DNA of 64,000 nucleotides from Myxococcota bacterium (GTDB taxonomy: Bacteria > Myxococcota_A > UBA796 > GCA-2862545): positions 1-64,000 of the forward strand of contig JBCCQY010000019.1 of assembly GCA_039208735.1 (NCBI GenBank). Direction: 5' to 3'. This document shows positions 59,397 through 64,000 of the stretch, in pieces. The translations under genes and the position numbers were made by a program. Each line of letters begins with the position of its first letter. The first letter of the stretch is position 1. The notes under the pieces are model-generated. The model had not been told where the DNA came from, searched no databases, and saw only the letters and a list, made by a program, of their open reading frames with translations.

Positions 59397-60101
59397 ATGG
59401 TTCTGGTTTCAAGCTGGCTGCTCGGGTGCACGGCCGCGGCCGAAGACGTTCGCCTGACGTTCGACGATGCGAAAATGTACGAAGTGGCGATGTTCACGGT
59501 CAAGGCAGGAGAGGCCGACGCCCTCGCCGAGAAGTACTTTGCCAAGGTCATTCCGGTGGCCCAGGAATACGGAATGCGTCCGCTCGCCTCCTTCGACGTG
59601 ACACATCAGGAGCACGGACAGCCCCACGCGGCCACTTGGGCGTTCTTCGAGTGGCCGAGTGTCGAAGCGAAAACCAAGTTCGAGGCTGATAAGCGCTATC
59701 AGAGGCTCAAGCCACAGCGCGACCGCCGGCTCGACACCCTGAAGCTCGTCTACACCCAGGTGGCCGAGGACACCTCGGTGACGCTGCGCTCCGATCGCCT
59801 CTACGAGTTCTTCGCAGGCTGGATCAACGCCCACAATGGGTCCCACTTGCCGCAATACTTCGCCTCGGCGGGTCCGTTCATCGGGTCCCGCGGGGTGAAG
59901 TTCATCGGGGACTTCAAGGTCGTCGGGTCTTCGGATCCCGAGTTTCTTCCTTCCACGGTGGGCTTTATCGAGTGGCCCGACCGCAGCGTCAAAGAGGCCT
60001 GGTTTGCATCAGAGGAGTTCGAACAGAACGGATGGCATCGCGCTCTGGCCATCGACCGTTTGGTCGTCCTCGAAGGTAAGGTACGGCAGCCCGGCCGTTA
60101 G
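59397..60101 (+). CDS. Secreted tandem DUF1330-like (dimeric alpha/beta barrel) protein
   Basis: Internal duplication YFAKV...FEWPS...Y versus YFASA...IEWPD...F; GGAGG RBS. Confidence 0.65.
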   Translation: MVLVSSWLLGCTAAAEDVRLTFDDAKMYEVAMFTVKAGEADALAEKYFAKVIPVAQEYGMRPLASFDVTHQEHGQPHAATWAFFEWPSVEAKTKFEADKRYQRLKPQRDRRLDTLKLVYTQVAEDTSVTLRSDRLYEFFAGWINAHNGSHLPQYFASAGPFIGSRGVKFIGDFKVVGSSDPEFLPSTVGFIEWPDRSVKEAWFASEEFEQNGWHRALAIDRLVVLEGKVRQPGR

Positions 60102-60838
60102 CATCGCTGTTCGAGCCAGACGGCCAGCAGGTCGACCATGGCGTCCAGTTGGCTCGCCGCCACGGGGTCGTGGACGTGCACCCGCACCCGCTCGATCGCC
60201 ATGCGCCAGCCGACCAATTCAAGTTTCAGGGGCCATAACCCCGAGGTTTCAGCCTCGAGCACGCCTTCAGCATCGCGGATTCGATCGAGCGTCGGCGTCG
60301 AGTAGGAGGCCACGGCCTCGGGAATGTGATCGAGCAATGCGCGAGTGGCCGCGATCGAATCACCCTCCATGAGTTCTGCGCGGCTCACGATCTCAGGTCG
60401 CCCAAGCAAATGGTCCACGAACGACGGCGCGGTGAGGTCTGGGCCACCAACCAGTTCCACGACCCCAACGTGGTGGCGAAGCCCCGCCTGGATCCGACGC
60501 CACTCCTCCCGCACCCCCCACGTGAGTGCATCTGCTTCGATGCGATCCGCAGCCGCCGAGAGCACGATGGGAATCTGGAAGGCCGCCCGATTGTAGGGGC
60601 AGTTCCCTTGCAAGACCTGTGCGGCCTGTTGAATGGAGGTGCGCGCCTTGGGGCTCAGCGCCCGGATCCGGTCCGCGATGCGGATCACGCTTTCCGTCGT
60701 GCCCTTTGCTCCATCGAGGACTTGCTCCCGGTTCTCGTCTGACCAAACGTCGACCTTAGCGGGAGCAGGGGTGACAGGGCGCGCCACCGACGGGCTGCAT
60801 GCCGCCGACAAAAGGACCAAGAGGATCGAACGATTCAC
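60098..60838 (-). CDS. Helical lipoprotein of unknown function
   Basis: GGAGG RBS, GTG start, LSAAC lipobox. Confidence 0.65.
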   Translation of the reverse strand: MNRSILLVLLSAACSPSVARPVTPAPAKVDVWSDENREQVLDGAKGTTESVIRIADRIRALSPKARTSIQQAAQVLQGNCPYNRAAFQIPIVLSAAADRIEADALTWGVREEWRRIQAGLRHHVGVVELVGGPDLTAPSFVDHLLGRPEIVSRAELMEGDSIAATRALLDHIPEAVASYSTPTLDRIRDAEGVLEAETSGLWPLKLELVGWRMAIERVRVHVHDPVAASQLDAMVDLLAVWLEQRC

Positions 60839-61700
60839 GGGACACCTCCCAAGGGAACTGGGGATTCGCAGGTAGACAAGCAACGATCTCAGGGGCGGGA
60901 CGAACGGGAACCCAGGCCAGCGCGAGCCAAGCCAGGACACCCAACGCGACCCACCCCCGCCGATCGGGGCGGCGAGACCTCGCCAGGAGGGTCTCGATCC
61001 GCGTCGACAATTCACTGGCGGCCGACAGCCCTGTGAGGGGTGCGGTTCGCGAGCGTGCGACCGCCACAAGCGCCCTGGCGTAGGCGGTCTTACTGAGCGA
61101 GGTCTCGCGGAGAGCGCGTGCGTCGGCGGCCAGTTCAGCCTCACGCTGCTGGCGACGGCGGGCCCACCATACCATTGGATGGGGCCAGCAAATCACGCAG
61201 CACAGGGTGACGAGCAGGTGGATGAACCAGTCCCCCCTCACAATGTGAGCATTCTCGTGGGCCAGAACAGCGTCTCGCGTCGCAGGGGTCCATCGTTCGC
61301 TCGAAGCGGGGAGGAGCACCACCGGTCGAAAGGCCCCCCAGGTGTAGGGACCCCGTTCGCGCGGCGACACCCACACCCGATCGCCAAGCCGACGTGCGGC
61401 ACGAACCTGCAGGTGTAAGGCGAATAGCCCACCCGCAAGGCCAATGAGCCCCACCCCGACGCCGACCGCCCACATCGCCACGAGGCCAGCGCCGAGATCG
61501 AGATCCACCCAACTCCCACGCCACCAAGCCAAGCTCGGCCACACCGGCAGCAGAAGAAGGGTGGCCGTCCACAAGCGATGGCGTGCGCGCGGGGTGGCCA
61601 AGCCCTGGCTGATCACCGTGGCCAGACCAAGGCTTACGGTGGCACGGACTGCTCCGTCGAGCAGGGCGCCTGCAAGCAGGGTTTCGTGCCCGGCGCTCAT
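60756..61700 (-). CDS. M56-family (BlaR1/MecR1-type) membrane metallopeptidase
   Basis: PYTWG...PVVLLP; HENAH; WPHPMVW; EAELAAD; YARAL. Confidence 0.88.
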   Translation of the reverse strand: MSAGHETLLAGALLDGAVRATVSLGLATVISQGLATPRARHRLWTATLLLLPVWPSLAWWRGSWVDLDLGAGLVAMWAVGVGVGLIGLAGGLFALHLQVRAARRLGDRVWVSPRERGPYTWGAFRPVVLLPASSERWTPATRDAVLAHENAHIVRGDWFIHLLVTLCCVICWPHPMVWWARRRQQREAELAADARALRETSLSKTAYARALVAVARSRTAPLTGLSAASELSTRIETLLARSRRPDRRGWVALGVLAWLALAWVPVRPAPEIVACLPANPQFPWEVSRESFDPLGPFVGGMQPVGGAPCHPCSR

Positions 61701-62083
61701 GGGGCCTCCTCATCCGCCTCGGCTTCGCGAATCTTTGTCTCGAGCCTGGCGAGTTCATCTTCATCGAGGCGGCCTTCCAGGCGGAGCAACGCCAACGCCG
61801 CCTCAACGGCCGCTCCATCAAAGAACGCATCGACGACCCTCCGGAGCGCCGAACGACCTGCCGCATCGGCCGACACCGCAGGCCGGTACACGTAGCGCCG
61901 GCCTTCCTGCTCATGAACCACCGCGTTCTTGCGAACAAGGGTCGTCAGCAATGCGCGGACCGCGCTGTAGCTTGGAGGGTCGCCCATCGCAGACCGCACC
62001 TCAGCCGCAGTCGCCTTGCCCAGCCGGTACAGAATGTCCATCGCTTCACGCTCGCGTCGCGAAAATGGATCCGGTTCAGCCAA
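61697..62083 (-). CDS. BlaI/MecI/CopY-family repressor
   Basis: SRREREAMDILY...PPSYSAVRALL...GRRYVY...FFDG; TTG start with AGGAG RBS. Confidence 0.9.
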   Translation of the reverse strand: MAEPDPFSRREREAMDILYRLGKATAAEVRSAMGDPPSYSAVRALLTTLVRKNAVVHEQEGRRYVYRPAVSADAAGRSALRRVVDAFFDGAAVEAALALLRLEGRLDEDELARLETKIREAEADEEAP

Positions 62084-62096
62084 TGCAAGATCTCCT

Positions 62097-62149
62097 TGTG
62101 CTGTTTTTCTAGCACAAAGATGGAATCGATGTGCTGTTTTTTCAGCACA
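62097..62149. promoter_or_regulatory. Tandem palindromic operators TGTGCT-N8-AGCACA (62097-62116, 62130-62149)
   Basis: Two near-identical dyads 33 bp apart directly upstream of the BlaI-like gene. Confidence 0.8.
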
Positions 62150-62261
62150 AGTGCGATCGTCAACAAGGGCTCGCATTGCGTGACTTTGGGCGGATATGAC
62201 GAACACTCGCGCGACCGGCTAAACGGCCTTTCGGCCCGGGCGAGCGGACGCCTTGGGTACG

Positions 62262-62957
62262 ATGGAGCACGCTGTGTTGGTTTCCCTTTTTTGGATGGTG
62301 CTCGGAGGATTCGCATGGGCGCAGGCGCCTGACATCTCTTCTGAGCAACTCGCCGAGGGGCGGAAGCTGCATCGATTGGCCGCCGAACTCTACGAGTCGG
62401 GCCGTTACGCCGAAGCGTTGGCCGCGTTCGAAGAGACCTACGCGCTCACCGGGCTCCCCGCCATCCTCTTCAACATGGCCAACACCCAGGAGCGGCTTGG
62501 CGACCTCGAAGGCGCGGTCAACAGTCTCCTGCGCTACCTGCCCGATGCGCCGTCGAACAAAGTCGAGACCATCGAACGCCGTGTCACCTCGCTTCGGGAG
62601 CGCCTCGAGACCCCGAGCTTACCGATGCCGCCCGAAGAGCCGGTCCCCCTCGTTGCTCCCCTGTCGCCCAGCGAAGTTCAGACCCGCTTGCGTCCGCGGT
62701 GGGGACTCGTTGCTGTGGGCAGTGCACTTGCCGCAGGATTTGGAACCGTCGCGGCCATTTCCTACCTCGACGGGCTCGACAACCGCGATCAGGGCAACGC
62801 CGAGGCATACCGGCAGACCCTAGTGCTGAACAACGTCGCGCTTACCGCAGCCGGCGTCGGTGGGGGTCTGGTCGCCATCGGCTTCGTAGCTCCGCGCAAG
62901 TACGAGGTCCTCGTTTCGGCTTCGCCTACCGGCGCAGCTGTGTCCTTTCGCTGGTAG
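62262..62957 (+). CDS. Secreted/membrane TPR protein (paralog of 27537..28322)
   Basis: YESGRYAEALAAFEETY...ILFNMANTQERLG; C-terminal VSFRW. Confidence 0.8.
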   Translation: MEHAVLVSLFWMVLGGFAWAQAPDISSEQLAEGRKLHRLAAELYESGRYAEALAAFEETYALTGLPAILFNMANTQERLGDLEGAVNSLLRYLPDAPSNKVETIERRVTSLRERLETPSLPMPPEEPVPLVAPLSPSEVQTRLRPRWGLVAVGSALAAGFGTVAAISYLDGLDNRDQGNAEAYRQTLVLNNVALTAAGVGGGLVAIGFVAPRKYEVLVSASPTGAAVSFRW

Positions 62958-62965
62958 GAGTCGCC

Positions 62966-64000
62966 GTGTTTGGTCTTTCGATTCTGTTCCTTGGCGGATG
63001 CCTCCTTCCCTACGACTTCTCCGAGCTGCCTTCTGCCTCTCCCACCACAGCGTGTGTGGAAGGCACGCCAGAATGCCCCTGTGACGACGGCATCGACAAC
63101 GACGAAAACGGCCAGGCCGATTGTCTCGACGCGGGTTGTGCAACTGCGGTCGTTTGCCAGCCCGAAGATTGCGAAGACGGCATCGACAACAACGGGGATG
63201 GGGCTACCGATTGCGATGACCTGGCCTGCCTTTACGAGGACGTCTGCCAGGCAGAGATTTGCGATGACGGCGTCGACAACAACCAGAACGGGCAGATCGA
63301 CTGCCTCGACGTCGAAGATTGCGCGCTCCATCCCAACTGTTGCTTGCAGGGAACCCTGACCGACACCGCCGCCATGATCGTCGATGAAGGATTGAACGCG
63401 AACGAACCTACGTGCGGCGACCTCCTGGGTCCCGACGTGAGCTACGCGTTTACTCCCTCCAAGAGTTCCACCTACATCTTTGAAACGCTCGGTAGCACCT
63501 TCGACACGGTGCTTTCGATTCGCGAGGGCTGTGGAGGGGCCGAACTTGCGTGTGACGACAACACGTTCGGTGCGCAATCCCAAATCACCATCGCGCTACA
63601 GGCGGGCGTCACCTACGCCGTTTACGTGGATGCGAAGTCCAACACCACGTTTCTGGGCGGCAGCGGGGTCACGCTCACGGTGCGCGAGGCCGAAACGACC
63701 GAATCTGACTGTCACGACGACATCGACAATGACGGGAATGGTGTCGCGGACTGCTTCGACCCGGAGTGTTCGACGCTTCCAGACTGCGTTGAACTGTGCG
63801 ACGACGGTCTCGACAACACGAACGACGGGTTGATCGACTGCCTCGATCCCCTGTGTGCAACCGACGCCGTTTGCTGCCCCACGAACACCACAAGCGGCGT
63901 AGGCACTTACAACACCGCGACCTATGGGCTTAACAACTTCTACGCGGCAAGCTGTAGTATTACCGAATCGCCCGAAGCCACGTTCGCGTTCACCGCCCCC
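62966..64000 (+). CDS. 3'-partial Cys-rich repeat lipoprotein (CxDGxDNDxxGxxDCxD repeats, PPC-like domains)
   Basis: Absent from the ORF track because it has no stop in the window; GGAG RBS + GTG: MFGLSILFLGGC...CDDGIDNDENGQADCLD, CEDGIDNNGDGATDCDD, CDDGVDNNQNGQIDCLD; GSTFDTVLSI. Confidence 0.85.
   Translation, partial: MFGLSILFLGGCLLPYDFSELPSASPTTACVEGTPECPCDDGIDNDENGQADCLDAGCATAVVCQPEDCEDGIDNNGDGATDCDDLACLYEDVCQAEICDDGVDNNQNGQIDCLDVEDCALHPNCCLQGTLTDTAAMIVDEGLNANEPTCGDLLGPDVSYAFTPSKSSTYIFETLGSTFDTVLSIREGCGGAELACDDNTFGAQSQITIALQAGVTYAVYVDAKSNTTFLGGSGVTLTVREAETTESDCHDDIDNDGNGVADCFDPECSTLPDCVELCDDGLDNTNDGLIDCLDPLCATDAVCCPTNTTSGVGTYNTATYGLNNFYAASCSITESPEATFAFTAP

Noticed and set aside
1..64000. 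CRISPR arrays, tRNA/rRNA genes, IS elements, integrases
   Set aside because: None seen by eye; repeats at 280-1260, 48360-48770 and 63080-63850 are protein-coding repeats

Overview
GC-rich bacterial DNA whose gene content looks like Myxococcota or related deltaproteobacteria: eukaryote-like Ser/Thr kinases, STAND-TPR proteins, a TIGR02996-like protein, a DUF4423-like gene and Cys-rich lipoproteins. The main feature is a roughly 20 kb, mostly translationally coupled + strand operon (7155-27528). It encodes a giant SEDS (FtsW/RodA-family) protein, a giant class B-type PBP with intact SxxK/SxN/KTG motifs and FHA-like modules, a 790-aa unknown protein, and two Hsp70/actin-fold ATPase-like proteins (one membrane-anchored with degenerate motifs, one soluble). 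It ends with two proteins sharing a paralogous, possibly GrpE-like C-terminal domain and a small TPR-like protein. This looks like a dedicated accessory peptidoglycan-synthesis machine coupled to an Hsp70-type switch. The rest of the window is accessory genes: regulators (2 LysR, TetR, AraC, LytS/LytTR, BlaI/M56, winged-helix STAND), enzymes and secreted proteins. Several oddities stand out. A 117-aa secreted protein carries contractile-tail tube and sheath signature peptides. A signal peptidase I lacks its catalytic Ser, and one LysR has a nonsense codon. There are two apparent deletion/fusion junctions and several palindromic operators. I saw no rRNA, tRNA, CRISPR array or transposase. All family assignments come from motif recognition by eye, not database searches.
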